A stretch of 59,003 nucleotides of DNA, filler included, from Sphacelaria rigidula (GCA_964200075.2; 4 parts of 4 records of this genome joined end to end with filler, not necessarily neighbours in it), one strand, 5' to 3'. Positions 24,601 to 36,237 are shown, counted from the first letter of the whole stretch. Program-made: numbers and translations. The notes: generated by a model not told the origin, from the letters alone.

Positions 24601-27600
24601 TGTAACATCGTGTATGTGAGAGTGGTGACGAGACTGAATATTGTAAGGTACATTCATCGTGACACCACAGAGGACCGTTCCCTCCGGCGACGACGTCAAA
24701 AGGGGTTTGCAGCGGGAGGACGCTCCATGCGCTGCAGCATCTGGTGTCAGTAGGCGTATTTTTCAGCAACTCTACATATGTTTACTTCCGATTGCTCTGT
24801 TTTGTTCTACGTGGTGCAGGCTTTACTTCTTTGAATCTAGACGCCCGCGTTTGCCCTCCCTGATGAGACCTTTTCGACTCAGGTTCACTTGATGCTTGAA
24901 TATATGCCTATTGTCCAACAGCGCTGCGTCGTATGATGATATCAGCAGTATTGCTAAACACCTTACTTGTCCGAGTGTGCGAAGTGCCCAATTTGATCTC
25001 ACTTGAATTACCCGCGTTGCCGTCTGCTCTATCGCTCTCTGAGAGTCTTCTATCTGCGTACGACAGGCCGCGTATAAACAGGGAAGAGGAATACGAGTGA
25101 GTAACCTCGGACAGCGCAAGCGGAATGATGTACTGCAAACGATCAGTACCATGTGTGCACACAAGAGTCGCGCCTTGATGCTCTAGGTCCTTCCAAGTGT
25201 TCGAAGTGTTACATCTGTAGTCAGTCAGAGCGGCAGGTTGCCTGCTCGAAACCTGACAGATGCGCTTAGTTATACAGGGTATGTTTCGCGTTGTTGAAAG
25301 GTGAGGATATGAGTAGCAAAGAAAATGTGAAGACAGTCGACACGGTATGGGAGTGCTCATNNNNNNNNNNCATCCGATCTTCGGGACCGAGATATCTGGC
25401 ATGTACCCAGGACGTTACGGATATGTCTCTCGAGAGGACGGTCTCATCCCGAGCAAAGGAGGACATGAAAGGGTGCGGAACTCAACAAGAGACTAGTTGT
25501 CTGCGGATCAACAAAGAACTTGTCAGAAGTGTACACCAGAAAGTCAGAACCCAACGACGATAGCACCGTCGTCATACGCAAGCGTATACCCATGAATTTA
25601 CAGGCGGCATTTGAAAGATCAACCGTCAGCTAGGGCGAGCAGGAGACAATGCGAGACGATAGCGACCATGCTGCATGGAGCACACGCGGCTTTACACTTC
25701 TGCGTTTTTTGGGCCACAGAAGAATAACCCGACTGCGAAGTCTGTGGGAGCACGCCAAGGCGCACGTGCCTTTATGGCCAACGCAGGCATGTCAGTACAC
25801 GAGACATTCGCCATGGAATATCATCAAGGCCGGTCGCCCCGGTGGCTCAGTTGGTATCCTCGAAACCTTCTGATGTTTGGATCATGGGTTCGAATCTCAG
25901 AGCGATGTGGAATTTTTTCTCGCACAATCTCCAACAGTGGAAAGCGACTATGCCGTGGGCACACAACATTCGATTCAACGGTCGACGAGGGAAAGGGACT
26001 GCTGAACCCCTCTCGCTATAAAAAATAAAGACGAGCATCGCAGAAGGAGGGTGGAGAACCAAAGCAAATAAAGACTGAAAAACTCTTGTGTTGGCCTTCC
26101 TCCTGAACAAATGGGAGTCACCACATCATCAACACAGCACGAGACGCTGGCCGTTTGCTATGTGACCCAACAAGGTAAGACCGCTTACTCTATGATGTAT
26201 CATGCTCTTCCTCGGAATGAAGCCGAAGAACGTCTTGGCTTCTTTCACGTACGTCTCCCCGATACCGCTGATCAATCCGCGGAGCCCACCAAGTCCAACT
26301 TCGACGCAACCGGTCAGGTTAAGGGTGTGAAGCCCGGGGCAGTTTTTCGCCAAGCAACACACGCCTCGCTCCGTCACCTGCTAGATTGTAGCAGCGGCGC
26401 AAAAGCTGTGGTTAAGTGTATCTCGGGCATCAAGACATTGAACCAATACGACCGTACACCTTCGGTTGCTAGTTTCATGTTTCCAGTATCTCGTAGTAAC
26501 ACGCATATTTTTTATTCATCAAACAATACCCCTAGCAACTGAGTCTTGTCATACTTTTTTTTTCTTCGCACACCTGCCGATCAATATGATTATTCGCCCC
26601 GACCCCGGGCCCATACGTGACCCGACGCCGGTTGAAACAACGTCTCATCGGCAGTGGGGGGAGGGGGGGGGGGGGCGTACTCATTTGTTGCTTGCCTTAG
26701 TCATTTGACCATTGACCANNNNNNNNNGGTCCTGCTTGCTTTCTGCGCTCACCCATGTGACCATAGCCCGCCCACCCTTTCCGAGGGGGAGCGGGGGGGG
26801 GAGGGGGGGGAGGGTTGTCAAAAATTACCAGTGCGAGGTGCAAGCTACTACCGAGGTAGTAAGCTACTGTAGTAGTAGTGACAATTCATCAACTGGGTTA
26901 TACTAGCCGATGACACTGAAAGAAGGGCAACGACATTTGTCGATCGCGTCCAAAACGTAAGAGTACATGAGATATCGCACTATATGCATCCCTCGTTATG
27001 TCCACACGTTTCGCGGATTTTTTGTTACACAACACACTCGCGATGATGCGGTACTTGCCTCTTTGGCCCCAGCGAGATTCAGAGCTTGAAGAGCGGGACA
27101 ACCTCGGCTCAGCGCGGACACGCCTATGTCTGTTACGCGGCCAACGAGACCTACGTTCAGGGACACCAGACCGGTGCAATACTTGGCCAATGACACCAAG
27201 GCCCTGTCCTGTGCATGGGAGGCAGGAGGGAACAGCGATCAGTGTCACACAGCGCGGGTATTCGGAGTTCATCATCGGTATGAAGATCCACAGTACCTGC
27301 AAGAACGAGAGCCGTGGTAGAATATCGGAGCTTTTTAGTATTACGCATGATCATGCCGCCAGCCTGCAGTTATTTTTACCTGAACTCTCCCGCAATGGTA
27401 CAGGTTCAACACCGCCATCTCGGGGCAGCCTTGGGCAATATACTTGATGCCTCTTGTGGTGAACTACTATGCATTGATCAACACAATGATCACACGGCCA
27501 AGGGAACGACAGCAAACCACAGGGGAAACACAGACAACAAACGTCGGGTCAGCATCCAGTCGACAGACGATGGTCTTTGTACACAAGCGTGCGGTGAACG

Positions 27601-28967
27601 CGCCTATGTACAGTCTCCTACAACGCTCGGTAACAAGACGGGAAGAACCGACGCTACCTATGTATGTACGACATTCTTTAGGATTACGCACTTGGCTAGG
27701 GCCACATCCCTCCTGACAGAGTGCTGTGAAACTGCGAAGATACCATGTATGGCACAAATCTCACCTTTTCGCACCCTGAGAGGTTGAGGAACCGCAATCG
27801 GGGGCACCCTTTAGCTAGCACTACGAGGGCAGAGTCAGACATGCCCTTACAGTCAGCCAAGGCCAACGACTGCAGAGAGGTACAGCACGACCCGAATCCA
27901 ATCGCCCCACCAAGATATGACACAGCCTGCAGTAGTCGATAATGGTAGAAACACGCAATGCATCAGGTAAGAAGCTGCTTACAGACTAGTTCCAAAAGAT
28001 TTCGGGCACATACCGGGATCCCAAAACTCCAAGATATAGCTGTGGTAGAATGCATTGGTTTGTTGTGCCTACGAGAGAGGGACGACATGCCCGCACTTTT
28101 CTGGCTCGTCACCCTGTCGATAAGAGTAATCTAATCGGTAGAAACTCCGTGAGAGAATTTGATTTTATCCATGGTGGCGATGTCATGCAGCTGCTGACGA
28201 CGCGTTGCTGGTGAAACCGATTACCAAAAATATCGTCATGACTACAAAAACACGGGATTGTTCCGACCGTCGAGAGCGACGAATTATCTGGTACTCGTAG
28301 ATATAAGCTTGTATTCCATTGAACATTATGCGTTGCAGGGTAAAGTACAGTGTGTCATGAGACGGTTCTAAAAACTCGCCTCGTCGTTTAATCCGGGGCA
28401 GTTCGAGAGATCTACACTGGTCAGCGTGCTCTTGCAGCATTCCACCAGCGCACGCACACCGCCGTTAGACATCTGTGGCGTAGGAACCGCGATAGACGTG
28501 GGATATGAATCTCGTCTCCTGTGGTGCGCGGAGTCAGCCTTCTCATAACAACGTGCTGTAGTCCATCCCTGAACAGCTCGAGAGGTGGCACATGGTACCA
28601 CAGGTGCGCCGCGTCTTGAGCAACGAGCGTGGTGTGCACGGGAAACCCAGGTGTGCAAATGAATGTCAGAGGCAACCAATGCCTCATACTGCAGCACCTG
28701 CCTCGCCTCTCACGCTTAATATATGCAACGAATGTACTGAAGATACCAAATTCATATCCAAAAATGTGGTTTCAAATCGATGGCGTATCGGAGTCACGAT
28801 CCATCGCCCAAAGTCTTATTACGTGACTACTTTTGTAGAGGCGTAGGTATCTCATGTCGCGCCTTTACCTTGTGACACGATGATACATTTATCGTCCGTA
28901 GACTGAAGAGACGAGCAACGAAGACCTCCAGCATCTCATTCGAAATCTCTGTCCTGCTAAGATTTAC
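16428..28967 (-). CDS. Multi-exon LRR (Cys-containing/AMN1-like) + IQ-motif + WW-like + Tudor-like protein; partial at both ends
   Basis: Phase-compatible exons: 28869-28967, 28380-28472, 27765-27926, 27380-27463, 27059-27208, 26189-26377, 25003-25053, 24419-24532, 23852-23931, 23452-23578, 23014-23049, 21652-21786, 21046-21147, 20352-20439, 19733-19839, 18927-19075, 18565-18619, 18048-18211, 17334-17412, 16428-16570. Motifs join across junctions (VIQ|NCWRG, IQ|SFWRG, IQK|VFRG). Confidence 0.85.
16981..17012. repeat. (TG)n microsatellite
   Basis: Seen directly. Confidence 0.9.
18927..25053 (-). CDS. IQ calmodulin-binding motif block of the LRR-IQ gene
   Basis: IQNCWRGHKKR, IQRVHRAYRVR, IQAIFRAFMTR, IQVAARCYLAR, IQSFWRGCIGK, LQAAYRGHRGR and IQKVFRGSR fit or approximate IQxxxRGxxxR. 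Confidence 0.88.
19104..19302. mobile_element. 199 bp TGT...ACA MITE with telomere-like units (copy at 46387-46585; ends at 45630-45700, 49159-49215, 54476-54530)
   Basis: TIR TGT(T/A/G)ATGCGTGAGAGGACCGCGTGCTTAGAG. Interior contains taaccctgacccaaaccctaacc. Confidence 0.8.
22605..22854. mobile_element. 250 bp MITE with 4-bp TSD (AAAC), intronic
   Basis: aaac|GACACTTTCTACGATAGCC ... GGCTATCGTAGAAAGTGTC|aaac. Confidence 0.85.
25828..26029 (+). mobile_element. tRNA-derived SINE, intronic
   Basis: A box TGGCTCAGTTGG (25843), B box GGTTCGAATCT (25887), a non-tRNA body and an A-rich tail. Confidence 0.7.
26189..28967 (-). CDS. LRR block (6 exons) of the LRR-IQ gene
   Basis: Repeats such as CPRLRFLNLSGCEKFTTRGIKYIAQG, CPALQALNLAGAKEVTERGVCCLAKN and CPGLHTLNLTGC are FBXL/AMN1-type LRRs. 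Confidence 0.9.
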
Positions 28968-29556
28968 CTGGTGATTCAGTGCACAACCGAAGTAAAATTG
29001 TGTACAACATCCTCGGCTTAGTATATCATATACAAGTACTTGAGAACAGCCCCGCGAGTTGATGCCGATACTGCCATAGGTGCTGAAATAATTGTAGTGT
29101 TGATAATGGACGTACGGGGTCGTCAGAATCGTCTCCCCTGCTTTACACTAAAAATCGGGATGGTGATGCACATCTATCATACCCACAATTCGACCAACGA
29201 GCGCTGTCACCGGTGTCCAAAGGTTTGGCTGAAGACCCGTACTGCAACACGGGTGGCCACTGGGGTCTGTAACCTGGCCATTTTGGGACCTTATCCACCT
29301 TTGGCAAGGTCCGCACGTTGGGTAGACAACTGAAGAGCATTCGCACAGCATGGACAGGATCGAAAGAAAACATGTCCCAGTCTATAGGCGGGTCACCCGC
29401 CTATAGACTGGGACATGTTTTCTTTCGATCCTGTCCATGCTGTGCGAATGCTCTTCANNNNNNNNNNNNNNNNNNNNNNNNNNNNNNNNNNNNNNNNNNN
29501 NTTAATTAATTAANNNNNNNNNNNNNNNNNNNNNNNNNNNNNNNNNNNNNNNNNNN

Positions 29557-29744
29557 NTCGCCATCGACACGCATGTACACCGCATTCGTTAGGTGCACCT
29601 AGCCACAGCTGCTCAACTGCTGCGAACATTTGGGGGGGAAGATGGCTTTGCCAGGTCGCTAGTGTTCCGCGTCTTCCCTGCAAAAGAAAAGTGCCACTTC
29701 AACCTCATATTTGTTATCAACCCCATTTTCTAGGATTCACTGTT
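29557..29744. mobile_element. Right-end fragment of the foldback family at 55304-57818
   Basis: Matches 57636-57818 and ends GGATTCACTGTT. It truncates the Copia gag. Confidence 0.75.
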
Positions 29745-29749
29745 AGTGA

Positions 29750-30790
29750 CTGGTGGGTAACCTGACAACTACGCGATATTTGCTGCCTGCTGGGTGTTTG
29801 CTGCCTAGTGGTTGCGCCGTTGCAACAAACGGCACTCTTCGTCGCTGTGGGTTGTTGACGTGTGGAAGCAGCACCACTTGCTTTCTTTCTTCTTTTCATT
29901 GTCCCCCCTGTGAGTGCTTGAGCCGCGTTTCGAGCGGGGCAATTTCTTTGAACGTGGCCTCGTTTTCCGCAGCGGGAGCATGTTCTGTGGATTATTTTGC
30001 TTTCACCACTTTCACTGGCCTGCATGGCGATCCCGCGGCCTGCGACCAAGTTGATGGCATCTGGGCGAGAGAGATAGTCGGTGTACATGGTGCTGACCAT
30101 GTATCGGAGATCCACGAAATTTTAATCACGCCTCTCGCAGCTAGCAGTACGAACACTTTCGTACTCGGCAGGCAGGAGTTGGAGGATAATGTATAGTAGA
30201 CGCGTGCAATATACCCCCCAAAAGGATCTGACTATATTCTACGATTAGCCCGCTGTTTTCAAAACTACGTATGTTACCAGGTGCGCACAGGAAACGTGCC
30301 GTCCTCACTTCGTGACACACTGTTGCAGTGCCAGACGCACACAGGTGTAGTGCCGTCCTCACTTTGACTCAACTCACGTTTTTTTCCAGCTGAGATCCTC
30401 CGTTTTTGCTGCGGTCTCCCTTCTTCCAAGGTCCGATCCGTAGGAGCCAACGGCGAGGCTCATAACCTGTTGGAAAAGATGTCGCTTGGACTCCTTTCAC
30501 GTGATCGCTAGAGATAGCGCAATGACAATTGAGCCAAGCAAACAGACAAGCTGCTTTGGAGTGGAGACAGAAGATAGTGTTCAAGGTACCGCTTGCGGGC
30601 AAGACAGTCCAAACAACCTACCGTGTTGAACGGTCAACCGAGAAGAGTAAGAGCAACCCGACTACTGCTACCCTCCATACCAGACCAAACTATCGTGAGT
30701 AGTACCGGCGATCCACACAATGCTTCCATACGAATACAATACCATACGAAGCGTTGATGAGAGTGAGCTCCACACCCTTACTTTCTAACA
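29750..30790 (-). mobile_element. Truncated Ty1/Copia element: LTR, PBS, internally deleted gag
   Basis: PBS GGTTATGAGCC immediately after the LTR on the minus strand (30467 downward). Gag remnant LPAEYESVRTAS...RYMVSTMYTDYLSRP with zinc knuckle CSRCGKRGHVQRNC. Confidence 0.8.
30468..30790 (-). repeat. Copia LTR (323 bp)
   Basis: TG...CA ends with terminal inverted repeat TGTTGGAAAAG / CTTTCTAACA and an adjacent PBS. Confidence 0.75.
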
Positions 30791-30818
30791 GAGTCCCTCT
30801 GACGACCCTCACGATCCC

Positions 30819-30936
30819 GAACCCCCCGTGGCGACCCTCAACACACCTCTAAAGGTCCAGAACCCCCTGTGGCAACCCTTTACACACCCTCTGCAAGGTC
30901 CAGAACGCCCTGTGGTGACCCTCTATACACTCTCTG
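30819..30936. repeat. About 42 bp tandem repeat, 3 copies
   Basis: gaaccccctgtggcaaccctttacacaccctctgcaaggtcca-type units. Confidence 0.8.
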
Positions 30937-30939
30937 TGA

Positions 30940-31436
30940 TGTGAGGGCTTGCGGCGAGAGCAAAATGTCCACCTGTGAGTGATTCTAAGGTAGGGGTTCC
31001 ACGATTATAGCGGAAACGTTTCTCGGGGTGTTGGACGTATCATTTTGATAATCGGCATCATTTTTTACTCGGATCAGACTGAAAACTATGCCGATTCACG
31101 GAAAGGCCCCTGCGTGCATCTCCATGTCCGGACCCCGGAGATTTGGGTTGCAAAGTAAGTTCCCACATGTTTGGGCTCCCACAAAAAAGAGACCCAGAAG
31201 CGGAAAGTGCAACCCCTATTATCGTAGCATTACTCCTGTGAGATCACTGTGTGCTACGAGTTGCAATTGGAATCCCGAAGTACCGTGATGGGTATGAGGG
31301 TTGCTGGTGACGTTATGGCGATGATGTCTTTCATGTGGACGTTATCATGATAGCAGCTACTGAGGAGATGACTAAATTGACAGTCGGTGCACTCCATCAG
31401 AAATGTCCCACTAAACATCTCGGGGATGTAGAGTAG
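30940..31436 (+). pseudogene. Highly degenerate Copia reverse transcriptase relic
   Basis: 31329-31433 reads FHVDVIMIAATEEMTKLTVGALHQKCPTKHLGDVE, a decayed (Y/H)VDD...LxxxFxxKxLG. Weaker traces lie upstream. Confidence 0.6.
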
Positions 31437-31570
31437 GACCGACTTTCCGGCGTAGGACCGACTTTCCGTTTTCGGTATATGCAATAGCTATTTGCTGCCG
31501 AGGTACACTAGTGTCTTGGTTCTCTAGGACGCAGAAGTAAGTGCGTCACCCTATTTACCACTGAAGACAG

Positions 31571-31700
31571 GGAGGTACAACAGGGAGCAGAGCTCTAACC
31601 TGGGGGAAGTCAAAGGTTCAGCAGGGAGCAGAGCTTCAACCTGGGGAAATTCAAAGGTACAGCAGGGAGCAGGGCTTCAACCTGGGGGAATCCAAAGGTG
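31571..31700. repeat. About 41 bp tandem repeat, 3 copies, in the Gypsy 3' UTR
   Basis: cagggagcagagcttcaacctggggaaattcaaaggtacag-type units. Confidence 0.85.
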
Positions 31701-31939
31701 CTAAAAGCTGCAAGATCGAAAATCTGAAAATCGGTGATCCAACGAGATCGAGCGCCAGTTGAAGGGGATACTATAGCTCCAGTAGTCGTAGGTAGTAGTC
31801 GTTCAGTAGTTCTTGATCGTCATCCGATGTAGGTCGCGCCGTTGTGGTGTCGTAGAAGAGGATCCTGGTGGAGAAGGGGGGGCAGACAATGCTCACGTAA
31901 AAAAATAGGGGTGGGGAAACAGTCGCGACAAAAAGCGTG

Positions 31940-32544
31940 GTTCAAAGCGGGGCGTGGACGTCGTGGGTGTGGTCGATGTTGCGCTGGAAACCGCGACGAA
32001 GTTCTTTGGACTTAAGGCGCGGGAGACACCAGGATCCGCGTGGTGCAGATGGGCTGGTGGTGTATAGCGCTGGCCGAGGCTTGAGCTATATCGGTTCAGG
32101 ATCATCGATGAAGCGCACGATGTATGTGTGGGCCGAAACCACGTTAGCGGAGTGGGTCTGACCCAACCACCAGGGGTTGTCGCTGCGTTTGAACCAAAGG
32201 TAGCTGCCCTTGGGCAGAAGTCGCTGATTCGCAAAGAATTTCGTCTTACAAGTCTTGGAGGGTACAATTTCGTAACCATCGGCGACAAAGCGCAGTCCCT
32301 GATTGCGGCGAAGTTCGCGGGCTGCTGCGCCACGGCGCATTCTACGATATTTCTTGTTGTGAGCAAGATGCTGATGTTGGGATTGCGTCGAGTGAAGGAG
32401 GATTACACGACGGTGCAATTGCAGGTCGGATTCGCGCTCCCAAGACGCTCTCCGAAGACCGTGCCAGTGTGTCTTATACATGACAGCAATCTTGCCTCCT
32501 CGACCACGGGTTATCTGCTGGCCGGAAATGGAGGATACAGCCAA
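31940..32544 (-). pseudogene. Gypsy integrase C-terminus: chromodomain plus PWWP/Tudor-like domain
   Basis: AVSSISGQQITRGRGGKIAVMYKTHWHGLRRASWERESDL is chromodomain-like. It is followed by GSYLWFKRSDNPWWLGQ...TYIVRFIDDP. Premature stop at 32086-32088. Confidence 0.7.
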
Positions 32545-32560
32545 CCGAAGGGACTGTTCG

Positions 32561-33844
32561 TCACGCCATTGGTTGTAACGTGGTAGGGCCAGGACTTGGT
32601 TGAGTAGCTGTTGAGAATCTACTGGATGAGTCCGGCAGGCAGGTACTTGGGCATGTCGCTAGTATCATGCGGGTTCGTGCAGGGTTTGCATCTGTGCATG
32701 GAGACGCGGGGCTTGGTGTCTTTGCCCTAGAAGTCGCGAGACAAGTCGAGATAGAGCAGTTTGTCACCAACGGGTTTTTCATTCGGTGATGATGACGATG
32801 GTCCGACTGTCAGGATCTTGAATGGTCCAGTCCAATTGAGGGACAATTTTTTCTTCAAATTTGTTTCGTTGGCTGCCTTGCTGGTGCCTTGGCGGATGGT
32901 CGACAAGCTATTGTAGATCCAAACCCAATCACCAACTTTCCAGTTAGGGCGTTTGTGCATGAGGTTGTAGAGAACAGTGTTAGATCTGTCTAGGCGCGAG
33001 GCATTGATAGCGTGTTGTTCGCGCACGAGGGTAGACGCTTACGTTATCGCGCGTGCGCTAGCTCGTGGTAGGATAGCTGATCCTGATCCAATTCTTGGTG
33101 GCCGTCGAACGTGTGTCGCTCAAACACGGTGATAGGCAGCCGAGGGTAACGTTCAAGATGGAGTTCGTTCGGAGAAAGGCCTGTGGTGGCGTTAACCGAA
33201 TTGTTGTAGGACAACATGATGTGCGAGAGATGTAGGTCCCAGTCATTTTGGCGGTCATTGACAACCATAGAGAGCATCTGGGCCATGATGTGATTAACTC
33301 TTTCGGTACCACCGCTACCGTTCGGGTGGTAGGCGCTCGTGACAATTTTGCGGGTGCCCAGGAGATTGTCAAGCTCATCAGAGAGGTCTGAACAAAATTG
33401 CTGACCATTGTCTGAAAGTAGTCGCTTTGGGCAGCCGTAGTGCTTAATGTAATCATAGACAAGTATATCGGCCGTTCCGGCGGCAGTGAAATCTGCAGTG
33501 GTTACCGCGTACATGGACGCGTGGCGGCTAAAGCGGTCAGTGAAGAGTAAGATGTAGGTGTTACCGCGACCTGTGGTTGGGAGAGGGCCGAAGTAGTCAA
33601 AGGACACAAGGTGGCCGGGCTCGTCGGGGAGTCCCCTAGAGATCACGGGCCAGCGTACTGTCTGACGTGAAGTTTTGCGGGCTTCGCATTTAAAGCATCG
33701 CCAAATCCAGAAGCGGGTCGAAATTTCCATGCCAACCCACCAGTAGAAGCGTTCCAAGAGCGCGAGGGTGCGGGTGATGCCAACGTGACATGACAAGTTT
33801 GTGTGGCAGCCTTTCATGACCCAGGGACGCATGAATAATGGCAC
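32561..33844 (-). pseudogene. Gypsy integrase (HHCC, DDE core, GPF motif)
   Basis: CHTNLSCHVG...CFKC, FDYFGP, SDNG, AYHPNGSGGTER and NWTGPFKI, with frameshifts. Confidence 0.92.
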
Positions 33845-33874
33845 ATATATGCACGTTGGTTCGTCATTGAGTAG

Positions 33875-35200
33875 TCATGCGGTGCGTCCCGTAGTTGGGG
33901 CGGCAATTGCGCCTGTCAAGGGCGTGGGCCGACGTACGAGTAGTTGCACGCCTTCATCCGTAGTAAAAAGGGTGCCTTTACGCACGAGCTCGTATACGTC
34001 AGAAATAGCTGGTGATGGGAGTGTTCCAACCGGGGCCAGAAGTGTGGACGGAAAAGAGACTGGACATTCAAGTTGTAAGTACCGGATGGCTGCGCGACAT
34101 AGCGGTTCTGCGTTCTGTTCGCGAGACCAATCACGGTGGGAGTAGCTGGCGAGAAACTCGCGTAGTTGACCTTCCGCTGGCGAGCCGACCAAACATGGTA
34201 GGGCAGGCGGCGGGGGAATAGGCGACGGGGCAGAAATGCCGATGTCAATATCTATCCCGGGAGCGGGAGATGAGTCGTCGTTACCGTTCTCGCAGGTAGG
34301 AGAAGTTTGCGGCGCCGTTACTGGCGGCGGGGTCGTATCAGTGCGCGGCGAAGATTGTTCGCGGCTAAGGTTGTTCGCGGCGCGTGGCGCACGGTGCAGA
34401 AGGTTTCGGGAGCTTTGTGTGTTGGACCGTGGAACTTGTGCTGGGTGGCTCCTAGAGGTTGAAGGTGTTGTTGGTGGCGGCGGGGCACTCGGTGTGGTGC
34501 GAGCGGCAGACCGGGAGCGCGTGTTGTCGGAGATAAGGTGGGTGACTGGAGGTGTCTCCGCGAAGAGTTTCGCGTGAGTACCGAAAGTGCGAAAATCGAC
34601 AAAGTCAGAGGTAGTGGGCTTTAACCCACCCAAGACGGCATCATATGGTAGAGGGCGAGGTCCTCCAATATGCATACCGGTTTCCGGGCACTGTGGGTCG
34701 AGGGCGTAAACGGACGTTGAAAAACGTCTGATCGCGTAAATTCGGGGTTCATCGGGTTCCGTTAAACCGCAAGCCGGGCTGGAATCTGCGGCCGTAGGCG
34801 GCAGAGGTAGGCGGGAAAGAAGATCCGCGTTCCCGTTGGTTTTACCTGGGCGGTGCTTAATGGTATACTGGTATGCTGTTAGAAACTCCAACCATCGTTG
34901 TACACGAGGGTTGTGTTCACCAACCTTGGCGAGTTGTTCAAGTGCTCCGTGATCCGTATAGATCTCGAAGGGCACGTGAAACAGATATTGTCGAAGGCGC
35001 TTAATGGCCCAAGTGAGTACTCCGCCTTCCAGTTCTAGCGGGCTCCAATTGGCCTCGCTGGGAAGGGTAGCGCGGCTGGGATAAAGGATTGGTCGGACAG
35101 AGCCATCAACCTGGGGTTGATTCAAAACTCCTCCAAAACCATTTGTGCTGGCGTCAGTATGGAGTTGGAGAAGGCGGAAGCCATCTTGTACTGCCTCCCA
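33875..35200 (-). pseudogene. Gypsy RNase H plus long Pro/Ser/Thr linker
   Basis: NWSPLELEGGVLTWAIKRLRQYL, IYTDH, RVQRWLEFL and NGNADLLSR. Confidence 0.9.
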
Positions 35201-36237
35201 GTCAGGAAAGCAAAGTACGGGTTTTCGGTAAGTGTCTTGAGTAATTCGCGGGTGATAATCTCCATTTCGGTGGTGAAAGAAAACGCGGCTCCTTTCTTGA
35301 GCAGCTCAGTAAGGGGGCGAATCCGTTTCGATAAATTCGGCAAAACATTGCGGTAGTAGGATAGCCCACCAACCAATGAGCAAAGATCAGAAATGTTAGT
35401 TGGCATCGGCAAATCAGTCATCGCCTTGACTTTGTTTGTATCCGAATGAAGGCCTGCTGGCGAAATGGAATGCCTCAAGAAATCCAAGTCAGTCGCGCCA
35501 AGGCGAGCTTTGGATGGAGACAGTTTCAAGTCGTGCGTACGTGGGCGAGAGAGAAATTCTCGTAGAGTACGTATACGTGCAATAGGTGAGGCATTGAAAG
35601 CGATAGCATCATCCAAGTACATGATGATGTGCTCGAGGCCCTCGGTGACGCGTTGCATTAAGCGTTGAAAGCATCCCGGGACAGTGGCGGTGCCTTGTGG
35701 CATGCGAAGCCACTCATAGAGTCCGAACGAGGTGCAAAAAGCCGTCAGTGGGACTGTGTCAGGGTGTATAGCATTCTGAAAAAATCCAGAAGCGAGGTCG
35801 AAGATATTGAATATTTTGCCTTCGCCTAAGGAGTCGAAGACTTCATCAATGCGGGGAATTGGAAGTTTACCGACGACAGTGACGCGGTTCAACCGTTGAT
35901 AATTCACGGTGATGCGTATGTTTCCATCCTTTTTGGGGACGATCACAAGTGGCGAGGCCCAAGGAGAGGAGGAATGTTGTATTAGTCCCGCTCCCCAATA
36001 CGCATCCAAGATGGCGTTAACTTTCTTGGTAAGGATTGGGTTGGTACGGTATAGCCGAGAAGAAATCGGCGAGACACCAGATTGGAGGGTAACCTCAAAG
36101 GGCAGTGCTTTGCAATGCCGAAGATCCGTCTTGGATCGGGAAAATCGGTCTTGGTACTGTAGCAGGACATCACTGAGTTCTTGGATGACTGTCGGTTCCC
36201 AGCCGGGCCCATGAAGGTCAAAATTGATGTCGCGCAT
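35122..36237 (-). pseudogene. Gypsy reverse transcriptase
   Basis: SSPWASPLVIVPKKDG, PIPRIDEVFDSL, DLASGFFQ, RMPQG and YLDD. Confidence 0.95.

Noticed and set aside
29331..29457. Perfect 127 bp palindrome
   Set aside because: It has no mismatches and ends exactly at a contig gap, so it is most likely a fold-back read or assembly artefact.
30819..31700. Tandem repeats of 41-42 bp as a possible CRISPR array
   Set aside because: The units are contiguous with no unique spacers, there are no cas genes, and the context is eukaryotic retroelements.
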